Notes: a model not told the origin generated them from the letters alone. A DNA stretch of 64,000 nt from an uncultured virus (IMG/VR IMGVR_UViG_3300011242_000004) (IMGVR_UViG_3300011242_000004), one strand, 5' to 3'. Numbered from the stretch's first letter, positions 9,153 through 18,911 are shown. A program made the numbers and translations.

Positions 9153-9441
9153 CTTTATAATCCACATCCTTTTGCAAGCGATTCATTTTATAAATGGCTT
9201 CTTGATAACACTTTATATGGAATTCAATCGTTCGTTCATACTCTGATTGGCTTTCATTATTTAAATCTCCAGCTAAATGGATGATAGGTGCCCCGCATCC
9301 TTTACAATGAATCAGTCTTCGCTCATTGGGTGCATTGACACGAAGGAAAGAGGCATGCCGTTCTTCGACATCCTCTCCTTCAACCTCTTTGGCTAACCCA
9401 TGCTGAGAAAGAAACTGAAATAAATCTTGGTCTTTCTTCAT
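9124..9441 (-). CDS. Hypothetical protein, possible Zn binder
   Basis: CKGC and HIKC motifs. Confidence 0.6.
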   Translation of the reverse strand: MKKDQDLFQFLSQHGLAKEVEGEDVEERHASFLRVNAPNERRLIHCKGCGAPIIHLAGDLNNESQSEYERTIEFHIKCYQEAIYKMNRLQKDVDYKDERRQNFND

Positions 9442-9620
9442 GCTTTCTCCTCTTCTCCATAAAACACATGGTACAAATCATTACACGTCGCTTCGATGGA
9501 ATCTAAATGGTCTGTTAGCATTTTTCCTGTGCGTGTTTCGAGTGCTTCTTTGATGACCTTCCGTTGGTTAGGTGTCGCCCGCATCCATTCTTCAGGAAGG
9601 ACTGTGACTTTTAATATCAT
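9438..9620 (-). CDS. Hypothetical protein
   Basis: Short ORF coupled to the downstream gene (ATGA overlap). Confidence 0.6.
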   Translation of the reverse strand: MILKVTVLPEEWMRATPNQRKVIKEALETRTGKMLTDHLDSIEATCNDLYHVFYGEEEKA

Positions 9621-9625
9621 AACGT

Positions 9626-10204
9626 TCAGTCCTTTTTAATCAATTCGTCGGCGACGCCATATTTAATAGCTTCTTGTCCTAGCATATGCCAATCAAGCTT
9701 TTTCTCTAGCATCTTATCAATTTTCTTTTTTGTAATCTTTGTTTTTTCTAAGATGATGTTCTCAAGAATTTTCCATAGAACATCCGATTGTTCAATTTCT
9801 TCTTTAATTTCAGCATTCTTTCCGCCAATACCATAAGCCATATCATGCACCATTAAGGAAGCTCTTGGGTGAACGTAACGTCTATGTCCAGCAATGAATG
9901 TCCAGAATCCAGCAGACATCGCTTTCGTCCAGACGTATGTATGAATCGGTGTCTTCGAGTTTTCCATGACATTGATTAAACCGATGCATTCGTAAACGGA
10001 CCCACCCGGACTATTGATATACATCTCAATCGGTTGACGGACGAATCCAACGACTTCTCGTTCTCCTTTATCATCTTGCTCATTCATATCAAAGATAGTT
10101 TTAATGATGTTTTGAATTGAACTTTCATCAAACACACCTGTTAAGTAAATTCGTCTACTAGGTTTGACATCTTCTTTAATTGAAACTGATAATTCTTCCA
10201 TCAT
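9626..10204 (-). CDS. clpP: ClpP-family serine protease
   Basis: YINSPGGSV, catalytic Ser in AMSAG, His in MVHD, EAIKYGVADEL. Confidence 0.92.
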   Translation of the reverse strand: MMEELSVSIKEDVKPSRRIYLTGVFDESSIQNIIKTIFDMNEQDDKGEREVVGFVRQPIEMYINSPGGSVYECIGLINVMENSKTPIHTYVWTKAMSAGFWTFIAGHRRYVHPRASLMVHDMAYGIGGKNAEIKEEIEQSDVLWKILENIILEKTKITKKKIDKMLEKKLDWHMLGQEAIKYGVADELIKKD

Positions 10205-10232
10205 TAAACCTCCCACTATGTTATCTTATCTT

Positions 10233-10415
10233 TTAATAAAATTCTTCGAATCCATGTTCATTCTCTTCTTCGTACTCATAGGAACCACACACCGGACAAC
10301 GATTCTTGCGCGGGACTTCATCTTCAATAAAGTATTTGTGGTCACATTCGAGACAGAGAACCCAACGGACGAATTCCGTCGTCAGGCGCTCCACTCGTTT
10401 TTTCTTCTTTGTCAC
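10233..10415 (-). CDS. Small zinc-ribbon protein
   Basis: CLEC...CPVCGS. Confidence 0.7.
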   Translation of the reverse strand: MTKKKKRVERLTTEFVRWVLCLECDHKYFIEDEVPRKNRCPVCGSYEYEEENEHGFEEFY

Positions 10416-11758
10416 AATAATTCCACTCCTAGTTGTGCGAGCTCAGAGCGAACAACCGTCGAGAGTGTGACATGCCCTACGATATCTTGTCCTTTGAACT
10501 TATCGATGACGTAAGCAAGTCCATTGGAGTTTGGCGTCAAGCGCCAGTTATCGATTTGTTTCTCCGATAAGTCTCCAAGGAATACGACTTTTGTTCCCTT
10601 CCCTGCCCGCGTGATAATAGTTGCGGCTTGTTGACGTGTTAGGTTTTGGGCATCATCGACGATAAGGATTTGGTTTGAGAGTGACCGACCCCGGATGTAT
10701 GTCATCGCTTCGAGTTCGAGTACACCGCTATCAATCAAGAAATCAACTTTATCTTCTGTCGAGAATCCATTCGGCTGTAGGTCGCCGTCTTTCATATATA
10801 AGTAATCACTTTCGTTATCAAGCAGAACATCCATTGCATCATATGTGGAAGCCATCCATGAACGTAATTTTTCTTTTTTATCTCCCGGTAAGAATCCGAT
10901 GTCATCCCCGACTGCTGTCAGCGGACGCATGACCACAATCTTTTTATAGACATCTTTTTTCATGACTTGTTCAAGTGCTGTTGCTAATGTTAACAGTGTT
11001 TTTCCGCAACCACTTGGACCAATCGCTGAAACGAATTGAATATCTTGATTAAGAAGAAGATGGAGTAACATGTTTTGTTCATCGACTTCTTGGAGATTCG
11101 TTCGAGACTTAATCTTCCATGCTTTTTGCTCCGTGTTGACGGCAACAATCTTTTCACGTTTTGCATCATAGATACCTAACCCATTAGGGACGGTACCTCC
11201 ACCAGCTTCCACGACGACGAATTCATTATGGAAGTAACTACCTTGTTCCACTGAAATCCCGTCTGCCCATAGACGCATATATTCCGCATCCGTTGGCGCC
11301 GTGAATCGTGCATATCCTGTATACAACATGTTGACGTCGACATCTTCTGGAGCAAAGTTATCGCTCTCGACGCTGACGGCGTCGGCAACAACCCGTGCGT
11401 TGATGTCTTGGCTGATAAGGCGTGCCCCATGCTTGCGAGCTGTCTCAATGATAAGATAATCCGGTTTCCCTAAATCAAGTTCATTTGTATCAATATCAAT
11501 GAAGACGATATGCTCTTTGTAAGCATACGAACCTTCTTCGTTCTTTCCTTGCTTGCGTAACTTGTCTAGGAAACGTGTGGCTGTTCGAGCAAGCTCGTTT
11601 TTTGTCTCGAATCCTTTTTTAAAAGTATCGAGTTCTTTTAATACTACATGAGGTAGGATGACCATCGTCGGCTCTGTGAAACCGTCCATGATGTTTTCGA
11701 TGTTGCGGTCTAGTAATACGTTGGTGTCAAGAACTACCTTGTCAAATTCTTTTGCCAC
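10412..11758 (-). CDS. phoH: PIN-PhoH (PhoH2/YlaK-like) ATPase
   Basis: PIN VVLDTNVLL; Walker A GPSGCGKT; IGFLPGD, YIRGRSL, DDAQN. Confidence 0.93.
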   Translation of the reverse strand: MAKEFDKVVLDTNVLLDRNIENIMDGFTEPTMVILPHVVLKELDTFKKGFETKNELARTATRFLDKLRKQGKNEEGSYAYKEHIVFIDIDTNELDLGKPDYLIIETARKHGARLISQDINARVVADAVSVESDNFAPEDVDVNMLYTGYARFTAPTDAEYMRLWADGISVEQGSYFHNEFVVVEAGGGTVPNGLGIYDAKREKIVAVNTEQKAWKIKSRTNLQEVDEQNMLLHLLLNQDIQFVSAIGPSGCGKTLLTLATALEQVMKKDVYKKIVVMRPLTAVGDDIGFLPGDKKEKLRSWMASTYDAMDVLLDNESDYLYMKDGDLQPNGFSTEDKVDFLIDSGVLELEAMTYIRGRSLSNQILIVDDAQNLTRQQAATIITRAGKGTKVVFLGDLSEKQIDNWRLTPNSNGLAYVIDKFKGQDIVGHVTLSTVVRSELAQLGVELL

Positions 11759-11981
11759 TGCTATTCCCTCCCAAAACCTAATATGTCTCTTGCCACCTTG
11801 AGTACAAACTCTTCCTTCTCAATAGTCAACCTTTAATTTCTAAATTCAGAAAACTTTTCCCACTATCTTTTCTGTTTTATAAGGACTAAAATAAAACATA
11901 TAGCCGCCGTTCCACGGCTTCTTTTTGTGTTTAACTAATTTAATATTTAAAATGTGTTTAATTTTAAGGAGGATGTATTAC
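11759..11981. promoter_or_regulatory. Divergent AT-rich promoter region between phoH and sak
   Basis: Non-coding gap between divergent operons; TTGACT element on the minus strand; small hairpin plus T tract at about 11902-11926. Confidence 0.55.
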
Positions 11982-12863
11982 ATGTCTATTTTCGATGAAA
12001 TGAATTTACCGTACGACAAACAACATGCAAGTAAACTGCTGGATACGAAGCTCAATCCCTCTTGGATTGAACAACGCAAACAAGGCAGTGCCACTCTCAG
12101 CTATATCGGAGGACACATCGTTATTCGTCTTTTGAACAAAGCCTTCAATGGCGCATGGTCATTTGAGATTTTGGAAGAAGAACTCATTGAATCGCTTCCG
12201 AAACCACGTGTTGAATGGGTAAATAAAAAACGTGTTCATGTTCAAGATGACAAAGGCAATTACTTGTATGACCCTCAACCCCCTTATGTCCGTGTCAAAG
12301 GACGTATGACGGTTCCGGGTATGGGTGTCAAAGAACAGTACGGTACGAAAGTCTTGATTGGTGGTGCCACTGAACAAGAACATGCTTCGAAAGCGGCGGC
12401 AACAGATGCGCTCAAGAAGTGTGCAAGTCTTTACGGCGTCGGTCTAGAACTGTATGGAGAAGCAGAAGGATTGGTCGAAGGGTATCATAACCTTGAAGAC
12501 CACATGCAAGTCGAGCAACCTTCTTATAAAACAGAAGAAGCTCCCGCGTCCATTCCAGCTCCTGCACCAAAAGCAACAAAAGCAGAAGCGCCTCCAGAGC
12601 TCGTTCAAGACTCTGTAGAAGCTCCTGTCACTTCTTCTATTGAAGAACCAAAAGAGCCACAGAAAGCAGTCAAATGGAACGCTGAAGACGTCCAAGAGTT
12701 GAAACGTCTCAAGCAAGAACTAGGCATTGTCGAAAACGCAGAATTGAATCCGTTCATCATTGAATTCTTTGGTGACCCAGAGAAAACCTACCTTGATGTC
12801 AAACCTGATAACGTCAACAAGGTCAATGAATTCTTGCGTACCAAAGTCGTTCCTGCACAATAA
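11982..12863 (+). CDS. Rad52/Sak-family single-strand annealing protein
   Basis: LSYIGGHIVIRLLNKAFNGAWSFEI...KAAATDALKKCASLYGVGLELY; AAGGAGG RBS. Confidence 0.9.
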   Translation: MSIFDEMNLPYDKQHASKLLDTKLNPSWIEQRKQGSATLSYIGGHIVIRLLNKAFNGAWSFEILEEELIESLPKPRVEWVNKKRVHVQDDKGNYLYDPQPPYVRVKGRMTVPGMGVKEQYGTKVLIGGATEQEHASKAAATDALKKCASLYGVGLELYGEAEGLVEGYHNLEDHMQVEQPSYKTEEAPASIPAPAPKATKAEAPPELVQDSVEAPVTSSIEEPKEPQKAVKWNAEDVQELKRLKQELGIVENAELNPFIIEFFGDPEKTYLDVKPDNVNKVNEFLRTKVVPAQ

Positions 12864-12868
12864 AGATG

Positions 12869-12894
12869 GAGGGCCTTTGCGCCCTCTTCTTTTT
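12869..12894 (+). terminator. Intrinsic terminator/attenuator after sak
   Basis: GAGGGC-ctttgc-GCCCTC then TTCTTTTT. Confidence 0.65.
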
Positions 12895-12910
12895 ACCAAA
12901 GGAGGTCCTT

Positions 12911-13624
12911 ATGAAAGATTATACGAACATGGCGTTTAAGCTGACGATTGCGTTTCTAACTGACATCAAAGGATTAGAACCACACAACGGACAGTTTGCT
13001 ATTCCAAAAATATTTAAGTTAAAACGTGTCGATGAATTTGTTTCTCTCCTTAATGGTGGTCACACAGAACAAGAATTACTGGAATTGATGGAAAATTATC
13101 GCACGACACATACGGCACCGGAGATGACAGCTTCTGTCTATGAGATGTTCGATTACTTTGATATTCCTTACAAGTCGGTTGCGCTCAAACGAGACCCTAA
13201 CAATTTACTTGTAGTCGGAAAATCTTATGTGCATCCTCATTTACAGATTACGAGTCCCCCGCCAACAATGCGGGTCGTGGATGGTGTCATCATAGAAGAG
13301 AGTGTTCCTTTTTTCTTAGAATTCAAGACATCCTTTACGCTCCAAGATTTACATGAGTACTTTGCTCACAAGATGGAAGTCTCGACCGTCATGTCGCCAA
13401 AGAACAAAGGAGCCTATGAATATTTGCTCAAACACTATGACGTCGAATTGATTTTATTCATGATTGATGAATCATGGGCACATCATAATGCGATGAACGC
13501 CCCTTATCCTAAAAACCCACTCCGTCTTTCTGATTACGAAGAAGAAGCATCGGAGCTTTACTTCCTTCGTCGTGACGTGTGTGAAGAAGGAGGTTTCTTA
13601 AATGGAGTCCCACGACACTATTAA
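12911..13624 (+). CDS. Hypothetical replication protein (possible DnaD-like C-terminal domain)
   Basis: GGAGG RBS; YLLKHYDVELILFMIDE resembles a DnaD helix pattern; overlaps the primase start. Confidence 0.5.
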   Translation: MKDYTNMAFKLTIAFLTDIKGLEPHNGQFAIPKIFKLKRVDEFVSLLNGGHTEQELLELMENYRTTHTAPEMTASVYEMFDYFDIPYKSVALKRDPNNLLVVGKSYVHPHLQITSPPPTMRVVDGVIIEESVPFFLEFKTSFTLQDLHEYFAHKMEVSTVMSPKNKGAYEYLLKHYDVELILFMIDESWAHHNAMNAPYPKNPLRLSDYEEEASELYFLRRDVCEEGGFLNGVPRHY

Positions 13625-14642
13625 TCCCAGTCAGATGCAATTCATTGAAGGCGCTCATGCACTCCCTCATTTTGGACGCAATGACTTTCTGACCCCTGAC
13701 CAAATCGGTCAGTATCGTCAACACTTTGATAACACCGGCGTTTACCTTTCTGCTTATTTCTACAATGACATTGACAACATCCAAGACTCTTATTTATATG
13801 GAGACATGTATCTCGATTTTGATGATGAAGAAGACTTATCCAATTCTCAAAAAGATGCTATCATGGCAATATGGTACATGAAGCAAAAGTTTAAGTTTCA
13901 TATTCCTGATGATATGTTTCGCATTTACTTTTCTGGTTCCAAAGGATTCCATGTTTTCATCCCTGCTGGTGTCTTTGGCATCACGCCACATAAAAATTTG
14001 AATGAATACTTTAAACTGATTGCCAAAGATGTAGCAGAACAAGTTCCAAACAACACCTTAGATTTACAGATTTATGACCGCCGTCGTTTGCTTCGGATGG
14101 TCAATTCGATTCACCAGAAGACGGGTCTTTACAAGATTCCTCTCACATATGAACAACTTTGTACGCTTACTCCAGACGATATCAAAGCTTTAGCAGTAGA
14201 ACCTTATAAGTTAGCGTATGCGCCGCCAATGTTCATTCCAAAAGCGCACCAAGCCTATAAGGACTACCAAGAAAAGTTTAAAGAAAAGTATGAAGCGAAG
14301 TTTGATACCCATCGTCGTAACCAAAGCAAACCTCTTGATTTCACCCCTCATTGTGTCCAGCAGTTGCTTGACCAAGGACCGATGAAGGGGAATCGAAACC
14401 ATACTGTTGCCGTTCTCACCTCTTTCTTTGTTAAACGAGGCATGAGTGAACAAGAGATTTGGGATAACTTGATGCTTTGGTACAACAAAGGCAATCAAGA
14501 AGGTTTCAAAGAATCTGAAATCAAGACAACCATGCAATCCATCATCAAGAGAGGGGTCAATTATGGATGCTCTACCTTGTCTGAAATTTCAACATGCATT
14601 GGTTCTGATTGTCCCCTTTTCAAATCCAGTAACTTAACATAA
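13602..14642 (+). CDS. Archaeo-eukaryotic-type (AEP) primase with C-terminal Cys-rich domain
   Basis: YLDFDD, YFSGSKGFHV, DLQIYDRRRLLR; C-terminal PHC...GNRN...YGC...TC...DCP. Confidence 0.88.
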   Translation: MESHDTINPSQMQFIEGAHALPHFGRNDFLTPDQIGQYRQHFDNTGVYLSAYFYNDIDNIQDSYLYGDMYLDFDDEEDLSNSQKDAIMAIWYMKQKFKFHIPDDMFRIYFSGSKGFHVFIPAGVFGITPHKNLNEYFKLIAKDVAEQVPNNTLDLQIYDRRRLLRMVNSIHQKTGLYKIPLTYEQLCTLTPDDIKALAVEPYKLAYAPPMFIPKAHQAYKDYQEKFKEKYEAKFDTHRRNQSKPLDFTPHCVQQLLDQGPMKGNRNHTVAVLTSFFVKRGMSEQEIWDNLMLWYNKGNQEGFKESEIKTTMQSIIKRGVNYGCSTLSEISTCIGSDCPLFKSSNLT

Positions 14643-14655
14643 AGGGGCGCTTTTC

Positions 14656-15768
14656 ATGGACAACAACCAAATACCGAATATCGAAGATATGCTTAACTCT
14701 GGTATGGAGTCGGTCGAAGTACGACCTGCTCCCTCTGCCACTCAAAACGCTTTACCTGACTTTGTGAAACAAACTTTAAACCCTTTAGACAATCCGTTGA
14801 TTCAACGATTCCGTCAATCGATTCAAGACGTCAAAAAGTATTGTGCGGAACGTGGAGAAATGGGTGGTATGGATTGGGGCTTTGAAAGTATGAACAAAGC
14901 TTTTGAAGGACTCAATGCCGGTGTCCATTTAATCGGAGGGCAAAGTAACATCGGGAAGTCAGCTGTCTGTATGCAACTCGCATGGCAAATCGCTCAAGCG
15001 AACCGGGTACCGACACCGATGCGTCCACGGAAAGCCTTCGTGCTTTACTTCTCACTTGATGATGCCATCACGGAATTGCTTCCTCGTTTCGTTGCCATCG
15101 ACCAACGCATTCCCATCAATGCCGTTCGTTTCCCAGCAAAGCATAAAGATGACTTGCGCTTGATGGAAGCGGCAGAACAAGGTTGGAAGAACATTGATGA
15201 CAATGCTTTAAACATTGCCATGATGGATGTCAATGCGGGTTCATCTGTCGAGTTCATCGAAGAAACGATTGACCAGTATGTCAATGCCTTAGCAATGATT
15301 GACCCGGCTTACCAAATTGTCGTCGTCATCGATAACTTCCATGACGTTACCGTCGATGCCAAAGGTTATACGGAAGGGAACGTCAAGTACGACCATATTG
15401 CCGATAAGCTTTCTCGTATCTGTGCGAAGTACGATTGTCCAATGCTTTGTACAGCAGAGTTCCGTAAGTTAAACGGAAACCGCCGTCCGGTTCTTGATGA
15501 CATCAAAGAATCAGGGAAGATTGTTTATGAAGCAAAAGCTGTGCTTCTTTCTTACAATGAAGTGTCTTACCGTAACCAGCAAGCCAATGTCTTCTGGACC
15601 GACGGCGACACTCAACAAAAGATGCCAGTCTACGAAATGCAAGTCGCAAAGAGTAAATTCGGTTCCTTTAAAGGACGTTTGTTCTTCGAGTTCTTCCCAC
15701 AAATGTCGTACTTCCGGGAAGTCCCTGAAGCCCAAGTCCAACGTTACAATCAGATGGTGTCAGGATAA
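14656..15768 (+). CDS. DnaB-like (SF4) replicative helicase
   Basis: Walker A GGQSNIGKS, YFSLD, VVIDNFH, RPVLDDIKESGKI, VAKSKFG. Confidence 0.88.
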   Translation: MDNNQIPNIEDMLNSGMESVEVRPAPSATQNALPDFVKQTLNPLDNPLIQRFRQSIQDVKKYCAERGEMGGMDWGFESMNKAFEGLNAGVHLIGGQSNIGKSAVCMQLAWQIAQANRVPTPMRPRKAFVLYFSLDDAITELLPRFVAIDQRIPINAVRFPAKHKDDLRLMEAAEQGWKNIDDNALNIAMMDVNAGSSVEFIEETIDQYVNALAMIDPAYQIVVVIDNFHDVTVDAKGYTEGNVKYDHIADKLSRICAKYDCPMLCTAEFRKLNGNRRPVLDDIKESGKIVYEAKAVLLSYNEVSYRNQQANVFWTDGDTQQKMPVYEMQVAKSKFGSFKGRLFFEFFPQMSYFREVPEAQVQRYNQMVSG

Positions 15769-15771
15769 TCT

Positions 15772-16428
15772 ATGCGAAATACGACCGACAAAATGATACG
15801 CCCTGTCATCAGTGGTTTATTGCATAGTCTCTATCCTGATGCGATGTTCTTCCAAGAGGTGGGGGCGAGTCTTTATTTTCCAAGACAACGCCCTACCTAC
15901 CGTGACATCGTTTTAGATGTTCTTGGCATCCAACCATCGTTTCCGATTGGGATTGAAATCAAGTCAGACAAAGATTCACTTGTTCGGTTCGCCCGACAAG
16001 AGCCGTGTTATGCCAAGCTTTGTAAAGAAAATTATCTTGTTATCGGTGAAAAGTTTTTAACGAAATTAGAAACGATACCGTATTACTGGGGCATCATCGT
16101 TGTCTACGATGGAGGAGATGGCCTTCGAGCAGAAATCGTGCGAGAAGCACAAAGTTCTCCTCATTATGAACCCGATGCCTTACTCATGTTAATTTGGCAG
16201 GATGAAATGCGTATGCTTCTAAAGAAGAATGGGTTGTACAAAGGCATGTCACGGGTGCGCTTACGATACCAACGGCAACGTTTGAAGGAACATCTTGACC
16301 CTGAAGAGTTGATGCAGGAAATGCATTGGACTTTCTCAGTACGAGATAACTGGAAACTAGCTTATAAAGATATCTATCCGTACGATACCAATGTCAATCA
16401 CATTCATTTTTGGGAGGGGCTTTCATGA
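15772..16428 (+). CDS. PD-(D/E)XK nuclease-like protein (sce7726/MmcB-like)
   Basis: LDVLGI...GIEIKSDKDSLVRFARQ...IPYYWGII. Confidence 0.7.
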   Translation: MRNTTDKMIRPVISGLLHSLYPDAMFFQEVGASLYFPRQRPTYRDIVLDVLGIQPSFPIGIEIKSDKDSLVRFARQEPCYAKLCKENYLVIGEKFLTKLETIPYYWGIIVVYDGGDGLRAEIVREAQSSPHYEPDALLMLIWQDEMRMLLKKNGLYKGMSRVRLRYQRQRLKEHLDPEELMQEMHWTFSVRDNWKLAYKDIYPYDTNVNHIHFWEGLS

Positions 16429-16604
16429 ATCCATGGTTAGTGGCGGGACTTTTGTCAATTGCAGACGAAGTCGCCGCCCTTGCTGTTTATACTGTATTGA
16501 AAAAGAAACAACCGGCACCACCGTCGTATCCTCGTCATGTGAAAGATGGCGACGATATGACCAAGATTGTTCGTAACTACTTGCAAGAAAAATCGAAATC
16601 CTAA
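16425..16604 (+). CDS. Small hypothetical protein, hydrophobic N-terminus
   Basis: GGAGG RBS; ATGA overlap. Confidence 0.6.
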   Translation: MNPWLVAGLLSIADEVAALAVYTVLKKKQPAPPSYPRHVKDGDDMTKIVRNYLQEKSKS

Positions 16605-16616
16605 TCGGAGGTTCCT

Positions 16617-17375
16617 ATGGCATATACACGTAACCAACAACGAGGCGTATTCGTCAATTCCCCGCAAGGCGGAAAGAAAATTGGAGAACTCATCAACGGA
16701 GTCCTCCACATGAACCGGGATTATAAGATGCATCATTACAACAAATTCCCGGGTTGGGCAATGGACAAAGCAACACTGGATGCGAACATGGACCGTATTC
16801 ATGCGTTCATGATTCATTCGTCCAATCGTCCGACACCAGATGGTCCTGTCGACGAGCTTCTTTCTTTCGCTCCAGATAACTTATCACAGGTCTTACCAAC
16901 GCTTGATATCATCAACTTTGGTCATGGTCCTCAATATTTGTTCCCGGATGCTATCTGGCAACCTGTGACCTCTAGTGTGATTCCAACATCAGAAGTCACA
17001 GCTTACTTCCCACAATCGACACCTGTCGTTAAAACTTATCAGCCGGATACGCCATTGCCTGTTGAAGAACAAGACTTACCAATGTTTGAAGAACCTGCTC
17101 TTGAAATCGAAGACAATGACTTTGTCTATCCTTTCAAGCCGGAGGGAGAAAGAAAGAATTTTATTGGAACCACAGGCAAACTCTTCAATGCAAAAGCTGT
17201 CATCCCGTTGCTTGAAGCAGGATTCATCATCGGGTATCCGATGTTAGGGCCAGACTTCTACTTTGTCTTAGAAGATGATGTTTTAATGTTACGAAAAGAG
17301 GGTACTGACTTCTCAACACGGTATGATTTTTCACCGAAAGAAGAAGAGGAGCGTTTGTTCTCCATTCTTAAATAA
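16617..17375 (+). CDS. Hypothetical two-domain protein with Pro/Glu-rich linker
   Basis: GGAGG RBS. Confidence 0.75.
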   Translation: MAYTRNQQRGVFVNSPQGGKKIGELINGVLHMNRDYKMHHYNKFPGWAMDKATLDANMDRIHAFMIHSSNRPTPDGPVDELLSFAPDNLSQVLPTLDIINFGHGPQYLFPDAIWQPVTSSVIPTSEVTAYFPQSTPVVKTYQPDTPLPVEEQDLPMFEEPALEIEDNDFVYPFKPEGERKNFIGTTGKLFNAKAVIPLLEAGFIIGYPMLGPDFYFVLEDDVLMLRKEGTDFSTRYDFSPKEEEERLFSILK

Positions 17376-17387
17376 GGAGGGCTTCTA

Positions 17388-17738
17388 ATGATGGACCCAA
17401 AGATTGCTTCCCATCATGACATCCGTTATCTTCGAGATACTGAAATTGATTTGACGACGAAGATGGCAATCCGTAACAAGCGTCATTTTCAAGAAGATTA
17501 TATTAAGTATATCCGCAAACAATTGGCTGAAGACAATGACTTGGTTCAAGACTACGCCATGTTCGTAGATATGTTAAACCTATGGACAGAAGAGTATGTC
17601 GTCTTAAGTAATTACTACGATACAATAAAATATAAAGTGTTCCTATACGGGGAGAATGAATGCCTCGTTTCATTCTTTGACTTGAATGGTCGAGGTCTAT
17701 TCTCCATTAGTATTACGAACGAACTTCAGGAGGAATAA
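17388..17738 (+). CDS. Hypothetical protein
   Basis: AAGGAGG RBS. Confidence 0.7.
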   Translation: MMDPKIASHHDIRYLRDTEIDLTTKMAIRNKRHFQEDYIKYIRKQLAEDNDLVQDYAMFVDMLNLWTEEYVVLSNYYDTIKYKVFLYGENECLVSFFDLNGRGLFSISITNELQEE

Positions 17739-17742
17739 CACC

Positions 17743-18006
17743 ATGGAATCCATCGATGCTAATGCAGTCTCACAAGTCGTATACAATCCCGAATGTGATA
17801 CGTACGACGTTTATGTGTTTGGTCAAAAAGTAGAAAGCTTCATAGATGAAGTCGTCGCCGCCCAACTTTCTTTTCACTTGGTCAATATGTACCAACGAGG
17901 AAGATTGGATGTCGCCCAGAATATTCACTATGGCTTTGTGACACCCCAAGAGATTCTATTGACTGAATCGGGTATGACCGAAGAAGACTTTGCAGAAGAT
18001 TTCTAA
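17743..18006 (+). CDS. Acidic hypothetical protein
   Basis: AGGAGG RBS before MESID at 17743. Confidence 0.7.
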   Translation: MESIDANAVSQVVYNPECDTYDVYVFGQKVESFIDEVVAAQLSFHLVNMYQRGRLDVAQNIHYGFVTPQEILLTESGMTEEDFAEDF

Positions 18007-18007
18007 A

Positions 18008-18044
18008 AGCAAACCCCTCTGTCGTAGACAGAAGGGGATTGTTT
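18008..18044. terminator. Hairpin between convergent operons (likely bidirectional terminator)
   Basis: CCCCTCTGTC-gta-GACAGAAGGGG with flanking A/T tracts. Confidence 0.7.
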
Positions 18045-18054
18045 CATCGATGGA

Positions 18055-18477
18055 TTATTTTTTGAGTTGCTCTTGAAACTTTCGTTCTTTGACTTCCTTA
18101 TAGAAGACTTTCAGGGAAGGACGTACCCACGCCCGAACGATGTCTTCTGTGAGGACTTCTTTTTGTTCTGCTTTCAAGAACTTTGCCGCACGAATCAATA
18201 CCATCAATTTTGTCATGACGACCTCTTCTACTTCTTCGTAGGTGAGGTCGTTATCTTTTAGGATGTTTTCTACTTCTACATAGCCTTTCACAACCACCGG
18301 TTTAATCAGCTTCCAAAGTTTAATCTTTGAGATACCATTCAAGTGACCACCCATACTAGGTGTCGTCTTCATCATATCATAGATAAGCTTAGCCGCTGTG
18401 CCGATGACGATGGCGACGATGAACGCCGCAAGCGTGACATTCAAAGGTTCTAACACCCATCCGGTTGCTTCTTTCAT
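18055..18477 (-). CDS. Holin-like membrane-anchored protein
   Basis: One N-terminal TM plus charged helical tail; lysis-cassette position. Confidence 0.5.
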   Translation of the reverse strand: MKEATGWVLEPLNVTLAAFIVAIVIGTAAKLIYDMMKTTPSMGGHLNGISKIKLWKLIKPVVVKGYVEVENILKDNDLTYEEVEEVVMTKLMVLIRAAKFLKAEQKEVLTEDIVRAWVRPSLKVFYKEVKERKFQEQLKK

Positions 18478-18911
18478 TGGTCATTCTCCTTTGCTTCTTC
18501 TTTTCGTTTCTCATCAAATGGTTCATCTTCTGTTGGTGGGTCGACTTCATCCAGCTTTTTATTAAAAGCCTTCATATCCAGACCTAATAGCCCGACGGTT
18601 GCGACCAGATGACGGAAGCAATGATACGTACATCCGGCGAACCCGATGACTTGTAAGATGTTAAACATCTCTTTCATTTGAGCATTTAATGAAAAAATCA
18701 TACCGACGGCTTCGAGTCCGACAAGGAACACGATATACCGTCCGACGGTGACTAAAAATTCAGGGATGTCATTCCATGCTAAATCTTTGTTCTTGATTTC
18801 AAGCAACACTTTCGCCACAATCGTAACCACTAACAACATACCGTATCCGGCTAAGGCGACGGACTGTGTACTCCATCCTAAATCATGTGCTAATTTTTCT
18901 AATCCGAACAT
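18474..18911 (-). CDS. Holin-like protein with about 3 TM helices
   Basis: Hydrophobic segments and charged C-terminus; follows the endolysins. Confidence 0.55.
   Translation of the reverse strand: MFGLEKLAHDLGWSTQSVALAGYGMLLVVTIVAKVLLEIKNKDLAWNDIPEFLVTVGRYIVFLVGLEAVGMIFSLNAQMKEMFNILQVIGFAGCTYHCFRHLVATVGLLGLDMKAFNKKLDEVDPPTEDEPFDEKRKEEAKENDQ

Noticed and set aside
1..9200. CRISPR-Cas system suggested by the Cas4-like genes
   Set aside because: No repeat-spacer array, cas1, cas2 or effector genes seen in the window
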